Part shown: positions 20,012 to 30,555 of the stretch, piece by piece
Layout: each line of letters begins with the position of its first letter
How positions within the stretch are numbered: position 1 is the stretch's first letter
Origin: Candidatus Latescibacterota bacterium
GTDB taxonomy: Bacteria; Latescibacterota; UBA2968; GCA-2709665
Direction of reading: 5' to 3'
NCBI GenBank assembly: GCA_965203805.1
Contig: OZ241917.1
Location: 1,504,001-1,568,000 of the forward strand
Length of the DNA stretch: 64,000 nt
The notes under the pieces: generated by a model
What the model saw: only the letters and a program-made list of their open reading frames with translations
Databases searched by the model: none
Told to the model about the DNA's origin: nothing
Made by a program: the position numbers and the translations under genes

Positions 20012-20914
20012 TCACCCCAGATGCTCCGTCCTGAGTTCCCGTGACCACTCGAAGTAATCGTACAGCCGCACCAGTTCGAATTCATCGACGATATCGGCTG
20101 CCGTTCGCTCTTCAGACTCGCTGTAGATCACCGACGTACCCACCTCCCCGGTGATCACAATGCGCACGGCCTCGCCGTATTTCCGGTGTATATCGTCGAA
20201 CCTGGCCCGATTCTTGTCGAGATGCACCACTTCGAAGTCCAGATTGATGCGGGCGGAGGCCCAGCTTCTGTAGTTATTGCTCGTGTCCAGGGTGGTCCCC
20301 TGCGGATCGATGATGGTGCAGGGCGTCCCCCTGTACACCGAGCCCACGAAGTAGGCCTGCACGTCCAATGCCCAGAAGTTCTGCACCAGACCGCCGTGGT
20401 ACATGGAACTGAAGAGCAGCAATTTGGGCTTAAGCTTCTTGTACTGGTCCCGCAATTCACCGAAGTTCAGATCGAAACAGATCACCCCGCCCACCGGCCC
20501 GAATTCGGTCCGGATCAGGGTCGCGCCGGGACCCGGCCGGGTGCCGTGATCGAACTCCGGATAGACCGGAATGTATTTGCGGTAGATGCCGGCCAGTTCT
20601 CCCCGCCTGTCGAGCAACCCGAGGACATTGAAAACCGCCTCGCTCTTGGTCTCTTTCTGATGCACCGGCACGGTGATATAGCAGTTGTATTCCCGCGCCA
20701 GACCAGCTAGAAGCTGTGTCGTCGGCCCTTCCGGCACCTGCTCGTCGCAGGTGCGGCAAATGGTCTCGGGAAGGACGATCAGATCGGGCGTGGTGGCCCG
20801 CGCGACCTGTCCCACCAGGTCCTTCAGGTCCTTGTGGGTCTGCGCCATCACCTTCTCGTCATCACCGCTGATCGGCGCGTAGGAAACGCTCGATACGACA
20901 ATGTAATCGCTCAT
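20012..20914 (-). CDS. Carbon-nitrogen hydrolase (nitrilase superfamily)
   Basis: LIVLPE, YRK, ICFD triad; start MSDYIVV after an AAGG-like RBS. Confidence 0.9.
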   Translation of the reverse strand: MSDYIVVSSVSYAPISGDDEKVMAQTHKDLKDLVGQVARATTPDLIVLPETICRTCDEQVPEGPTTQLLAGLAREYNCYITVPVHQKETKSEAVFNVLGLLDRRGELAGIYRKYIPVYPEFDHGTRPGPGATLIRTEFGPVGGVICFDLNFGELRDQYKKLKPKLLLFSSMYHGGLVQNFWALDVQAYFVGSVYRGTPCTIIDPQGTTLDTSNNYRSWASARINLDFEVVHLDKNRARFDDIHRKYGEAVRIVITGEVGTSVIYSESEERTAADIVDEFELVRLYDYFEWSRELRTEHLG

Positions 20915-21005
20915 GGGATTTCCTTTCGAAAGTCGGTTTCTGTGGCCGCAGTGCCATGCTCCAGCAAGGGTATCCATGTCCGGACTGCTCAACAGACAAG
21001 CTCGA

Positions 21006-21371
21006 TCACCCTTCCGCGGGAGCATCACGTTTGCCGACCCAGACTTTGTTGCCGTCGGGATCGCGAACTCGAAATTCCGTCATGTCGTAAAATGTCACGC
21101 CGATAGGTTCGGGGTCGAAACCAGCGGCGATCAGGCGATCTCGTATTGACTCGATATCGGACGTATAGTAGTAAACGACAGTGGATGCGTTCGATTCCTT
21201 GCGAATTGACCGGTCGATCATCACCTGGCAGCCGTGGTCGCCTTCCAGGATGGCGTGGCCCCAATCGTCCCTGCGTCGTATGATCTGCAGACCCAATCCC
21301 TTCGCATAGAAGTCCAAAGCTCGATCCAGGTCGGTTATTGGAACCATCGAGGTGATGCGATGAATGCTCAA
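21006..21371 (-). CDS. VOC/glyoxalase family protein
   Basis: DLDRALDFY..LGL, FRVRDPDGN. Confidence 0.9.
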   Translation of the reverse strand: MSIHRITSMVPITDLDRALDFYAKGLGLQIIRRRDDWGHAILEGDHGCQVMIDRSIRKESNASTVVYYYTSDIESIRDRLIAAGFDPEPIGVTFYDMTEFRVRDPDGNKVWVGKRDAPAEG

Positions 21372-21466
21372 GGTTTGCCTCCCAGCTGAAATCTGAACTC
21401 GGCAACGGCGTCCACGTCCTGTTCGGTGAACTCCCTCAGAAGCAGGCGTTTAGTCAGCTTCTCCAT
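21368..21466 (-). pseudogene. N-terminal remnant of a RimJ/RimL-type GNAT
   Basis: MEKLTKRLLLREFTEQDVDAV.. stops after 32 aa. Confidence 0.5.
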
Positions 21467-21543
21467 TTCAATGGACCCGTTCGTGATTTGCCGTCCGTCG
21501 TCGGTTCCGCAGATCGGCGGCTGTGAAATACCAACTCTTTATG

Positions 21544-21999
21544 TCATTTCGAAACGGGTCGGACCCCGGTCCGAACAGGCTCATCAACCAGTGCTGAATT
21601 CGGCCAGCCGGCGTATTTGGGTATACCATCGTGTAGATCGAGTACGGCCTCGTCGCAGTGTATATGACAGTTTGCTTCGTGGACGTAGCCCGATTCGGCA
21701 AGAATCATGGCATACACCACCGTTCTGTCATTCTCAAGCCGGTTCAGCAGTCCGGACCCGCAATGCCGGCACTAGTGTCGATTGCTCCGTCTACCCCGAT
21801 AGATGTCCATCAATTCTTCACCCTTTGTGACGTGTACAGCCTCATTGGGCCAGGAGGCGTAGGCGTTGACCGGCGCCGCGTGCCACGTCCTGCAATTCTC
21901 GCAATGGCAGTATCCGGTCGTGGCAGGCGGACCCGTTACCTGGATTCTGACTCGACCGCACAGGCAACTCCCTTCGTACTCTTCGGGATAGGTTGACAT
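21544..21999 (-). pseudogene. GFA (glutathione-dependent formaldehyde-activating) family, internal stop
   Basis: GSCLCG, CHCENCR, RH*CRHCGS with TAG at 21772-21774; frame continues to TGA at 21544. Confidence 0.85.
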
Positions 22000-22314
22000 T
22001 CCTGCACTCCTCAGTCGCAGGTAGCATTTCAGTCGTTGGCATAAAAACGACATGGCGGTGACTTAACTCGTCCGTAATACACCGACAGCCCTCTTCGCGT
22101 CAAGCAATAGAGGGCCGTTATCAAAGTCGCGCCATCGCCTTGTCTTGCAATTATCTACACCGACGTCTTCGGGGGAAAACCTCCTTAGGAGCGAAGCCGT
22201 TTGACCCGGGGCATCTCTTTCGTCTGAAGTTGTGGCAGTGATAGATGTTGATCCGAAGATGCGGTAGGAATTCGAGGCGTGACTTGAAAGGCGGAAGGGG
22301 GAAAGGTGGGCAGT

Positions 22315-22587
22315 CTATTCCGAGGCGTTTATCCTGGCTTCGTTTTTGGCGATACGCTCACCGAAGGAATCCAGGCGGCTGTCGATTTTATCAAGGCGGT
22401 CGTCGATTTCCTTAAAACGTACGTCGATTTCCTTAAAACGGTCGTTCAATGTATCTTCGAGCCTGTCAATTCGTTGCGTAAGTCTGTTTTCGAGGTTGGA
22501 GGTAAGCGTCCACATGGCGCCTATTAAAAGAAACAGGAAGGTGGCCATGCGGATGTTATCAGCGCAGAAAAAAGATTTCGCGTTCAT
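22315..22587 (-). CDS. Small membrane-anchored coiled-coil protein
   Basis: Hydrophobic N-terminus then heptads RFKEIDV/RFKEIDD/RLDKIDS. Confidence 0.7.
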   Translation of the reverse strand: MNAKSFFCADNIRMATFLFLLIGAMWTLTSNLENRLTQRIDRLEDTLNDRFKEIDVRFKEIDDRLDKIDSRLDSFGERIAKNEARINASE

Positions 22588-22885
22588 AGCGTACTTTCCC
22601 AGAATACTCTTGGCTTTACCTATCTGGAAAAGTATGCGGATTTGCTTAACTTGTCAAGGGTCAATATTTAACTGATCGGTGGAAGGATTACTCGCGAAAG
22701 TTGGAGGCAGTTCGGGTGCTGAAAGCGTAACCAAACGGAACAGAATGGAAGACGCTGGCAGATGAACTGAAGTCGACAGAACTCCAGGTCCGAGACCGTA
22801 TCGGGGATTCGGAAAGCCGGGATGTTACCACCCGGCAGAATTCGGTGACAGCGCATCAACTGGCCGAGCTTCGCCGGTTCAAGGC

Positions 22886-23404
22886 TCAAGCATTCGCGAC
22901 GACGCGCCGAAAGCGGATTTGGCGCCCGCCATCCCGGGCGCCTCCGTCACGTCTCCAACCCGTGGCCTCGTAGAAAGCGATCCCCTGCTCGTAGCCTTCG
23001 ACGGTCCACACAACTGCCTCATCGTAGCCGTCCGCAGCCAGATAACGAAGAGCGAGAGACATCAATGCTTTCCCAATACCTGTGCGCCAGTGCAGCGGAC
23101 ATATTGCGATCGTATCCAGTTCGCCAAGGCGCGGATCTACCGGATTCCGGCTGGGTCCGATCCCCACGAACCCTGCAATGGAACCCGTACATTCGGCAAC
23201 CCACCAACGATGAGGGACAGGTTGTGCAAGATCGTGCCGCCACCGTTCAGTAAGCTCCGGCGTCACGATCCTATCGGCCCGGGACAGAAGCGCGCCAAAT
23301 CCAGCGTTCCACGAGTCGATGTAGATCCGCGTTATAGTCTCGGCGTCAACAGGGGTAGCCGATCGGATCGTCGGAGGTGATAATATCCTGTCCAAACAGC
23401 CCAT
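22886..23404 (-). CDS. GNAT acetyltransferase
   Basis: IRSAT, WRTGIGKALM, FYEATGW. Confidence 0.88.
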   Translation of the reverse strand: MGCLDRILSPPTIRSATPVDAETITRIYIDSWNAGFGALLSRADRIVTPELTERWRHDLAQPVPHRWWVAECTGSIAGFVGIGPSRNPVDPRLGELDTIAICPLHWRTGIGKALMSLALRYLAADGYDEAVVWTVEGYEQGIAFYEATGWRRDGGARDGGRQIRFRRVVANA

Positions 23405-23449
23405 CCATGATTATTCAGGCTATTGAATGAGTTCGCCCAGCATACCCAA

Positions 23450-23923
23450 TCATTCCATTCGGATGAATTCGAACTCACCCCCGTTCGTGCGGTTCATATA
23501 GCGTTCGACTTCCCTGAAACCGACGCGTTCGTAAACCTTAATCGCCCGCTGGTTGAATGCCGCGACGCGAAGTTGAATGGTCTTCGGCGAGAACCGGGTT
23601 TGCGCGAAATCCAGTCCCGCACGAACAAAATGCTCCCCCAGTCCCTTCCCCGTCAGATCCGGATGAAGACCCAGACCGAAATCCACGACGCCGTCTGAGT
23701 CTTGATACGCAAAAAACCCCATCAATTCGCCAGCGTCATCCCGGACGGCAAACATGGAGTCGCCCCGAAGCGCGGGATCCAGAAGTCCGGCCAGGTCCTC
23801 GGCGTCCGCTTCCGCATCATAGAACGCATATTCGCCCTGGTAATGCCACGAAGCGATCGTTTCAGCGTCCGATTGACTCAGAGGTTCGATATCAAAGCGC
23901 ATCGGCCAACTCCCGCAGCACAT
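23450..23923 (-). CDS. GNAT acetyltransferase
   Basis: GLHPDLTGKGLG, FNQRAIKVYERVGF; true start probably MRFDIEP. Confidence 0.88.
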   Translation of the reverse strand: MCCGSWPMRFDIEPLSQSDAETIASWHYQGEYAFYDAEADAEDLAGLLDPALRGDSMFAVRDDAGELMGFFAYQDSDGVVDFGLGLHPDLTGKGLGEHFVRAGLDFAQTRFSPKTIQLRVAAFNQRAIKVYERVGFREVERYMNRTNGGEFEFIRME

Positions 23924-25304
23924 CCACTGCCATGAGTACGTCCTCCCGCCGGCAATCGAACTGCCCGACCTGGAAGCGGATGACGAACCGCCCGTCGTGG
24001 ATCGTATGTGTCAGGTAGATCCGACCGTCGTCGTTCACCGCACGGAGCAGGCGCTCGGTGGCCTCGTCGGCATTCCCGCCATCAGGCGCGAACTGGAACG
24101 TGAAGAGCGACAGGCGGCATTCCGTGGTCAGGCGGAAGCCTTCCAGCGATGCGATTGCGGCGGCGGCTTCCCCTGCCCAGGCGACGTGGTTCCGGATCCG
24201 CTGTCGCAGGTCATCGAGACCGTGGGCGCGCAGCAGAAACCAGAGTTTGAGGGCGCGGAACCGGCGTCCGAGAGGGATCGTCCACTCACTGTAATTGGTG
24301 ATTTCCGACTGGCCGAGCGTCTCGAGGTATTCGGGGCGGATACCCAGGGTCCGGACCTGCGGTTCCGGGTCCGCGAGGAACTGGATGGAACAATCGAACT
24401 GGGCGCCGAGCCATTTGTGGGGATTGAAGACAATGCTGTCGGCGCGCTCGACGCCCTCCCACAGCCCCCGAAGTTCGGGGCAGATCATCGCGGAACCGGC
24501 CCACGCCGCGTCCACGTGGACGTAGAGATCATGCTCTTGCGCGACGTCGATGGCCGGGGCCAGACGGTCCGACGCGCCGATTGACGTGCCGCCGATGCAG
24601 AGGACGACGCCGGACGGCAAAAAGCCCGCCTTGAAGTCGGCGTCGACCGCGGCCCCAAGCGCCTGGGAATCGAGCGCGCCGGAACCGTCGGTCGGGACCT
24701 TGACGAGATTCCGCTGGCCGATCCCGGCGATCCGGATCGACTTGTCGATGGACGAATGGGTCTCCGGCGACGCGTAGATCCGCAGCTTTTTCTCACCCGC
24801 CATTCCGGTGTCGATCCCGCGCCAACCCAGCGCGCGCTCGCGCATCGTCAGAACGGCGCAGAGGTTGGCCGACGTTGCGGTGTCCTGAATGACCCCCTGG
24901 AACCCCTCCGGCAACCCCAGGGCCTGGCGCATCCAGTCGACCATCCGCGTCTCGATCTCAGTTGCCGCGGGCGAGGTCTGCCAGAGCATGCATTGGGCCG
25001 CCATCACCGCCGTCAGGTTCTCGGCGATCATCGAAACCGGCGCCGCGTTCGCCGCGAAATAGGCGAAGAAGCGGCGGTGCTGCCAGTGCGTCATCCCGTC
25101 CGGCACAATTCGCTCGAAGTCTGCGAAGATCGTCTCCATGTCTTCTGGCGCTTCAGGCGGCGCAGCGGGCAGCATCGCGGCGATCTCACCCGGCTCGCTC
25201 TGCGCCCGAACGGGCCGCTCGTCGAGCGTATCCAGGTACTCAGCACCCCATCGGGCGGCCCGCTCGGCCCATCGATAGTAGTCTTCTCGCTTCATAGCCA
25301 ACAA
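23892..25304 (-). CDS. PLP-dependent aromatic-L-amino-acid decarboxylase family protein
   Basis: THWQH..FFAYF, TSPAATE, HVDAAWAG, NPHKW, LGRRFRALKLW. Confidence 0.93.
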   Translation of the reverse strand: MLAMKREDYYRWAERAARWGAEYLDTLDERPVRAQSEPGEIAAMLPAAPPEAPEDMETIFADFERIVPDGMTHWQHRRFFAYFAANAAPVSMIAENLTAVMAAQCMLWQTSPAATEIETRMVDWMRQALGLPEGFQGVIQDTATSANLCAVLTMRERALGWRGIDTGMAGEKKLRIYASPETHSSIDKSIRIAGIGQRNLVKVPTDGSGALDSQALGAAVDADFKAGFLPSGVVLCIGGTSIGASDRLAPAIDVAQEHDLYVHVDAAWAGSAMICPELRGLWEGVERADSIVFNPHKWLGAQFDCSIQFLADPEPQVRTLGIRPEYLETLGQSEITNYSEWTIPLGRRFRALKLWFLLRAHGLDDLRQRIRNHVAWAGEAAAAIASLEGFRLTTECRLSLFTFQFAPDGGNADEATERLLRAVNDDGRIYLTHTIHDGRFVIRFQVGQFDCRREDVLMAVDVLRELADAL

Positions 25305-25625
25305 TATAACACAATCGCTTCAAAACCACTAAAGTTCGTGATTCCAACAGAGAAATCGGATCGAACCGGGCGCGAAAACGCCAAACAGGGGTTTCGCGGA
25401 CACCGATTGGACCGCTCCGCAGCGTCATTGGCATAGGACTTGAAACCGGGGTGCGAATTCTATAGCTTGGTGCCAGGCCGGTAGAGGAAAAACCTGAAAG
25501 CGGGGAGACGTAAGACGTGAGCCGGCAGATGACATCCTTGCCCGATTGGTTCTACCTTTATGCTTCCGGCAAGAAATGAATTCTCACACGGCAGGCAATC
25601 TCTCACGTGACTCACCGCCTCTAGG

Positions 25626-25726
25626 AGACCTACCCCCTTTCCCCCTTCCTGAAGGAAGGGGGAATTGTGATCCACTCGCGGTCTCCTGGTTTTCTCCCCC
25701 TTTCCTTTAGGAGAGGGGGAGAGGTC
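25626..25726. repeat. Pyrimidine/purine-tract double hairpin (relative at 55660-55698)
   Basis: CCCCCTTCCT..AGGAAGGGGG and CTCCCCCTTTCC..GGAGAGGGGGAG. Confidence 0.55.
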
Positions 25727-25962
25727 TGCGCCCATTGTGGTCCTGCCACTTCACGGCGTTGACGTCAACTGATTGGGTCTTAGATTCAAGCGGATTGCTG
25801 AAAGCCGACAGCTGATCGCTGCTTTTCGACTGGCGGGGGTATAGATTCCGCCAAAATCGCCAATAGATATCTCCAGGCCATATCGATATCCCGTGAACGC
25901 GGTGTGATCATCTCCCGTCTCCCTTCTTCCGTCTTACCGCTCTTTGTCTAAAGGATTTTTGT

Positions 25963-27237
25963 ATGGATACCCTTCCGCTGCCCGCCCTTCCCGTACTCGC
26001 GGATTACGTGAAACGCGCCGAGGATCTCGTCGGGGCCGTTCAGTCGGATGACACGAACGCTGTTCAGGAGTTCTGCAACGGTTGGCTCGAGGAGATTGTC
26101 CCCGTGTCTGGACCCGACCTGACGGACTTTGTGCGGGGCAGCTGGGAACGGGCTATCGGCGAAGTCAAAAATTGTGCCAGTGACATGTCGGCGACGGTCG
26201 GAGATGAGAGCGACCGGTTTTCGATTGCGGACGCTCAGTCGCTCATCGCAGGGGCGCATAGTTTCGAGAGTTGGGTCTCATTTGTCGACTTCATCGAGCA
26301 CGACACTCGCCAGACGCCCGACGGCGCCGAGTTCGAGGTCGCGGCCGACGCCGTGGTCGATGGAGACCTCGCCAGACTCGCATCGCTCCTGCGCGGGAAT
26401 CCGGCCCTGGCCCACGCCAGATCGGCGCGGATTCACCGGGCGACGCTGCTGTATTGCCTCGCCGCCAACGGCATTGAGGACTTCCGCCAGAGGTCGCCCG
26501 CCAATGCGCCGGAGATCGCGCGGCTTCTGCTGGATGCCGGCGCCGAGGTGGATGCCCTGTGCGGGCCGGGCGATTCGGGAGACACCCCCATGCTGGCGCT
26601 GGTGACCAGCGTTCATCCTCACTGCAGGGGTGTGGCGACCGAGCTGATTGAGATATTCGTGCAGGCGGGTTCAAAGGTGGATGGTGTGAACGGAGACGGC
26701 GCGCCGGTACGTCTGGCGCTCAAGTTCGGATATCCCGAATCGGCGGCCGCCCTGGTGCGTCTCGGGGCGGAGGTGAAAACCGCAGCGATGGCCGCAGGAC
26801 TGGGCCGCTTGGACCTGACGAAGGAATTCGTGAACAAGCGTGGCGCATCTGAGGCCGATCTGGCGGTCGCGTTTGAAGATGCCTGCCGGTTCGGACGGAC
26901 GGAGATCGCCGAATACCTTCTGTCACGGGGCGCCAACGTGGACGGACAGGGAACCTGGGACATGACGGGCCTGATGTGGGCCGCTTCGCAGGGTCATCTC
27001 GACACCATGTCACTGATCCTGGATCGCGGCCCGTCCCTCGAATTGAGGAACGAGTTCGGCGGCACCGCGATGGGCACGACCCTGCACTTCGCGATCAATT
27101 CGCCGAACCCCGGGGCGGACTATCCGGCCGTGATCGACATGCTGCTTGACGCGGGATTGGAGTTTGAAGGAACCAGGAAGGGAACGGGGCAGGATGATAT
27201 TGACGCCGTGCTTCGCAGGCACGGTCGGATCGACTGA
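25963..27237 (+). CDS. Ankyrin repeat protein
   Basis: LLDAGAEVD, LLSRGANVD, TGLMWAASQGH. Confidence 0.9.
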   Translation: MDTLPLPALPVLADYVKRAEDLVGAVQSDDTNAVQEFCNGWLEEIVPVSGPDLTDFVRGSWERAIGEVKNCASDMSATVGDESDRFSIADAQSLIAGAHSFESWVSFVDFIEHDTRQTPDGAEFEVAADAVVDGDLARLASLLRGNPALAHARSARIHRATLLYCLAANGIEDFRQRSPANAPEIARLLLDAGAEVDALCGPGDSGDTPMLALVTSVHPHCRGVATELIEIFVQAGSKVDGVNGDGAPVRLALKFGYPESAAALVRLGAEVKTAAMAAGLGRLDLTKEFVNKRGASEADLAVAFEDACRFGRTEIAEYLLSRGANVDGQGTWDMTGLMWAASQGHLDTMSLILDRGPSLELRNEFGGTAMGTTLHFAINSPNPGADYPAVIDMLLDAGLEFEGTRKGTGQDDIDAVLRRHGRID

Positions 27238-27295
27238 ACCGGCAATCCGTCGATCGGCACCACAAAAACAATGCGCTGCCATCGAGGCGGCGCCT
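26651..27295. repeat. Direct repeat copy 1, 645 bp (partner 33794-34438)
   Basis: Constant offset of 7143 at both ends. Confidence 0.95.
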
Positions 27296-27318
27296 ATCTG
27301 ACATTGGGAACGATTTGC

Positions 27319-27347
27319 TTGACAATACGCGCGTAGTACTTTATGCT
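27319..27347 (+). promoter_or_regulatory. Sigma70-type promoter for the four-gene operon
   Basis: TTGACA-17 nt-TATGCT. Confidence 0.65.
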
Positions 27348-27486
27348 GAATGAACCTCGCCGCCACTGGGCGATTTCGGCTATTTTCATGAAGGGGAACA
27401 AGAAGAAATTCCGGTAATAACTGTGTCTACGCCACCATTGATCATGTCGCCGATTCGACAGATCTTTCGAACGCGGGAAATAAACA

Positions 27487-28287
27487 ATGGACAATATCGG
27501 ACAAGCATTCGACGACTCCGAGAATGCGGCTGAAGCAGCCCGCCAATCCGCCACCAAACTGGTGAATTTGACCAGACGCCTGCAAAAAGCAGCCAAAGAG
27601 GGTAACGTCGGCGCTATCAAGAAGACGCGAGTCGGACTCAACGTGGCACTTGAGAACCTGACGCAGGCGGTGGCGGACGCCATCCAATCCTGGCCCTATG
27701 AAGATGATGAATTGGTAGAATATCTCAAGGGTGGCTATACACAAGAATTGCGTCGCGTCGCGTCGGAAAAGGGACTGGAAATCCATTTGCGGGACGAACA
27801 GTTGATCTCACACCCTTCCATCGTGCGAATATTACCCGAGGATGGGGCGATCCGAATTGACAACAAGAAGGTCTCGACCATAAAACCTTCCTACCTGTCC
27901 GATCTGCTGATCGCAAACCAGAACAAGGGCAGCCGCTTCTCGGCTAAACGGTTTCTGGAAGCCCTGTACAGGGTTTACCTGGAGCTTGTGAAGGAAGATG
28001 CTTCGGACAGACTCATGAAGGGCGATTCCGGGCGGGTGGTACTCCTGGCAAGAATCTACAGGTTGTTCACGTCGCTGCCAGGTAGCGGGCGAGATTACGC
28101 AAAAATTGACTTTGCACGTGACCTTTACCAGTTGGAAACAAGCGGTGTTACAGAAACGACTTCAGGCGCCAGAGTATTTTTTCACGCATCCACCGGCACT
28201 CGGGGCGCAAGTAACGTATTCACTTTTGTGGGTCCACAGGGCCAGGACATCAAGTACTTCGGCATTCGATTTGCGAAGGATGACTGA
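27487..28287 (+). CDS. Hypothetical protein, first gene of putative defence operon
   Basis: 266 aa, helical N-terminus; TGATG overlap with next gene. Confidence 0.85.
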   Translation: MDNIGQAFDDSENAAEAARQSATKLVNLTRRLQKAAKEGNVGAIKKTRVGLNVALENLTQAVADAIQSWPYEDDELVEYLKGGYTQELRRVASEKGLEIHLRDEQLISHPSIVRILPEDGAIRIDNKKVSTIKPSYLSDLLIANQNKGSRFSAKRFLEALYRVYLELVKEDASDRLMKGDSGRVVLLARIYRLFTSLPGSGRDYAKIDFARDLYQLETSGVTETTSGARVFFHASTGTRGASNVFTFVGPQGQDIKYFGIRFAKDD

Positions 28288-29270
28288 TGCAAAACGAAAT
28301 TTCCATCTCTTTCAAGGACTGGCTTCAGGTCATTAACGAAGAGTACCTTTCGTCGTTTGTCCGCGGTGGCGGCGCGTCGATCAAGTTTGCGGTTCCATCA
28401 GACGAGGGTTCAAAGGCTGGTATGTACGCAGAAATGGAGGCCAGTTGCCACGAGTCGGACTATCTTTTCATTAAGCTGAACGCAGAGACGATGCGGGCGC
28501 ACATGCCGCAGGACTTCTTCTTCAGGATCGCCAGCCAGGTCGATTGGCGGCGGCTGGCTCGTCGTATGATCCTGAAGCTGGCCGTGGAGCAGGGCTACCG
28601 GATTGACAGTATACGTCCCGGCGAGGACGGCAACGTCTTCGACGCCATCGCGACGGTCAATGGTCTCGAATCGGAGTTCGTTCTCGGAAACCTGAGGTTG
28701 ATGATACAGAACAGTGTCTACAAGAACACGAGGATGGCGAGAGATTTCCGGGTGTGCATGAGCCATCTTTGCATGGAAGAGAACAACCGCGGCGGGTACA
28801 CCGGCGAGGCGCTATTGGATTGGCTGACCGGCGAAAACACGCGAATCAGCGGCGTCCGTCCCTTTTCCATCTACACCAGCATAAATCGCAACACGGCCAG
28901 ATACTTCATCGAATCGGCCTTCTACTGGATTCATTACGTGGGGCACTCCGGAACGCTCGTGTTGTTTGACAACGCCCGCGTCACGGTGGCGAGAAACCCG
29001 AAGGACGGACTGCGCTACTACACCAGAGCCATGGCGATGGAACACTACGAGTTACTACGTGAATTTATCGACGGCGCTGACCGTTTGACGAGCACGATGC
29101 TGGTCGTCGTCACCAACAGCGATTTCCTCGACGACAGTGGCGATCGCGGGTCCAGAGGCTACGGGATATACGAGGCCCTGCGCACGCGGGTGATGGACGA
29201 CGTTCGAGATAGGAACCGGGTAAATCCGGTCGCATCCCTGGTGCGGCTGACATCGGAAGGTGGCAGGTAG
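28287..29270 (+). CDS. DUF2791/BrxD-like P-loop protein with degenerate Walker A
   Basis: EYLSSFVRGGGASIKF, GTLVLFD, LREFID, YEALRTR; no GxxxxGK. Confidence 0.75.
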   Translation: MQNEISISFKDWLQVINEEYLSSFVRGGGASIKFAVPSDEGSKAGMYAEMEASCHESDYLFIKLNAETMRAHMPQDFFFRIASQVDWRRLARRMILKLAVEQGYRIDSIRPGEDGNVFDAIATVNGLESEFVLGNLRLMIQNSVYKNTRMARDFRVCMSHLCMEENNRGGYTGEALLDWLTGENTRISGVRPFSIYTSINRNTARYFIESAFYWIHYVGHSGTLVLFDNARVTVARNPKDGLRYYTRAMAMEHYELLREFIDGADRLTSTMLVVVTNSDFLDDSGDRGSRGYGIYEALRTRVMDDVRDRNRVNPVASLVRLTSEGGR

Positions 29271-30538
29271 TGGCAGTTTGCGCCGATAAACACAAATTCG
29301 CCTCCAGGCGGGCCCTGGAGGCTCTCCGAAACGGCGTGCCTAACAGGGACGCCGTGAAGCTATTGGGCTGCAACCAGCCGGAAGCCGAAGGACAATTCGA
29401 AGGTATGTTGACCGGAGCTGCGGAAGGCGGCGACCACTCGTCCGGCACTTTGGGAATGCTGGTCTCGGGCGATTTCGGCGCCGGCAAGTCTCACCTGCTT
29501 ACTCACCTGGAAGATCGCGCACTTTCGCAGGGTTTCGTCTGCAGCAAGGTAGCCATAAGCAAAGAGACGCCGCTATACGACCTGGGCAAGGTATTTAAGT
29601 CGGCCGTGGATAGCGCCCAGATGCCCGATCGCACCGGCCGGTTGATGGAGGAACTGGGCCAGGCGCTGAAGCCCGACTCACAAGAATACGCCGACTTCTT
29701 CAAGTGGGCAAACGACACCGGCAACAATGGGCTGAGCCAGATGTTTCCGGCCAGCCTGCTGGTTCACGAACGATCGCGTGATCTCGAGTTGAACAGCGAA
29801 ATCGAGAATTTCTGGGCGGGCGACAGAATCTACATCTCCCGCGTCAAGAATGGCCTCAGACAGATAGGGCAGAAGCAGAGTTACTCCTTCCGAGCGCCCA
29901 AAGCCGCCGAACTGCCGCCCCAGCGTCTCCGTTTCGCCGTCCAGCTGATCAGGGCGGCAGGTTACAGGGGCTGGGTGGTGCTGCTGGACGAGATCGAACT
30001 CATCGGTTCGTACTCACTCCTGCAGCGTGGAAGGTCTTACGCCGAGCTGGCTCGCTGGCTGGGACAGGCTGCATTCGGGTCGTACCCCGGGCTGAGAACC
30101 GTGGGTTCCGTCACTGGCGACTTTGCTTCCGCGATCATCATGGACGGAAAAAAAGACCGGGACTACGTAGTGCCAAAATTGGAAAGTAAGGATCGTTACG
30201 AAAGTTTGAAGGCAGACGCCGATACCGGCATGAGATTGCTCGTGCGGGGATGTTCGCCATTGAATGACCCAACGGACGATGACGTTCAGCTGACAATGGA
30301 GAATCTACGGAGACTCTACGCCGACGCCTACGGCTGGGATGCTCCGCAGGTGCCAATGAGGGCCGGCGGCGCCGGGTATCAGAACCGGATGCGCTACAAA
30401 GTCCGTGCCGCCATCAATGAATGGGATCTGATGCGGCGCTATCCTGACTACCAACCCAACACCGAGGGCGAGGAGTTCCGACACTTCTATGCAGAGAACG
30501 CCGACCTCGAACGAGAGTCCCGGGACGACACTGATTAG
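29270..30538 (+). CDS. DUF2791/BrxD-like ATPase
   Basis: RRALEALRNGVP, Walker A GDFGAGKS, Walker B VVLLDE. Confidence 0.85.
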   Translation: MAVCADKHKFASRRALEALRNGVPNRDAVKLLGCNQPEAEGQFEGMLTGAAEGGDHSSGTLGMLVSGDFGAGKSHLLTHLEDRALSQGFVCSKVAISKETPLYDLGKVFKSAVDSAQMPDRTGRLMEELGQALKPDSQEYADFFKWANDTGNNGLSQMFPASLLVHERSRDLELNSEIENFWAGDRIYISRVKNGLRQIGQKQSYSFRAPKAAELPPQRLRFAVQLIRAAGYRGWVVLLDEIELIGSYSLLQRGRSYAELARWLGQAAFGSYPGLRTVGSVTGDFASAIIMDGKKDRDYVVPKLESKDRYESLKADADTGMRLLVRGCSPLNDPTDDDVQLTMENLRRLYADAYGWDAPQVPMRAGGAGYQNRMRYKVRAAINEWDLMRRYPDYQPNTEGEEFRHFYAENADLERESRDDTD

Positions 30539-30555
30539 AAGGCGACCATCCCTCC

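Noticed and set aside
4426-21774. Stop-codon recoding suggested by in-frame TAG (4426, 21772) and TGA (5373)
   Set aside because: TAG and TGA terminate many normal genes here (e.g. 3987, 29270, 32706, 27237). Each stop is one transition away from TGG, CAG or CGA, and the TonB gene has other lesions.
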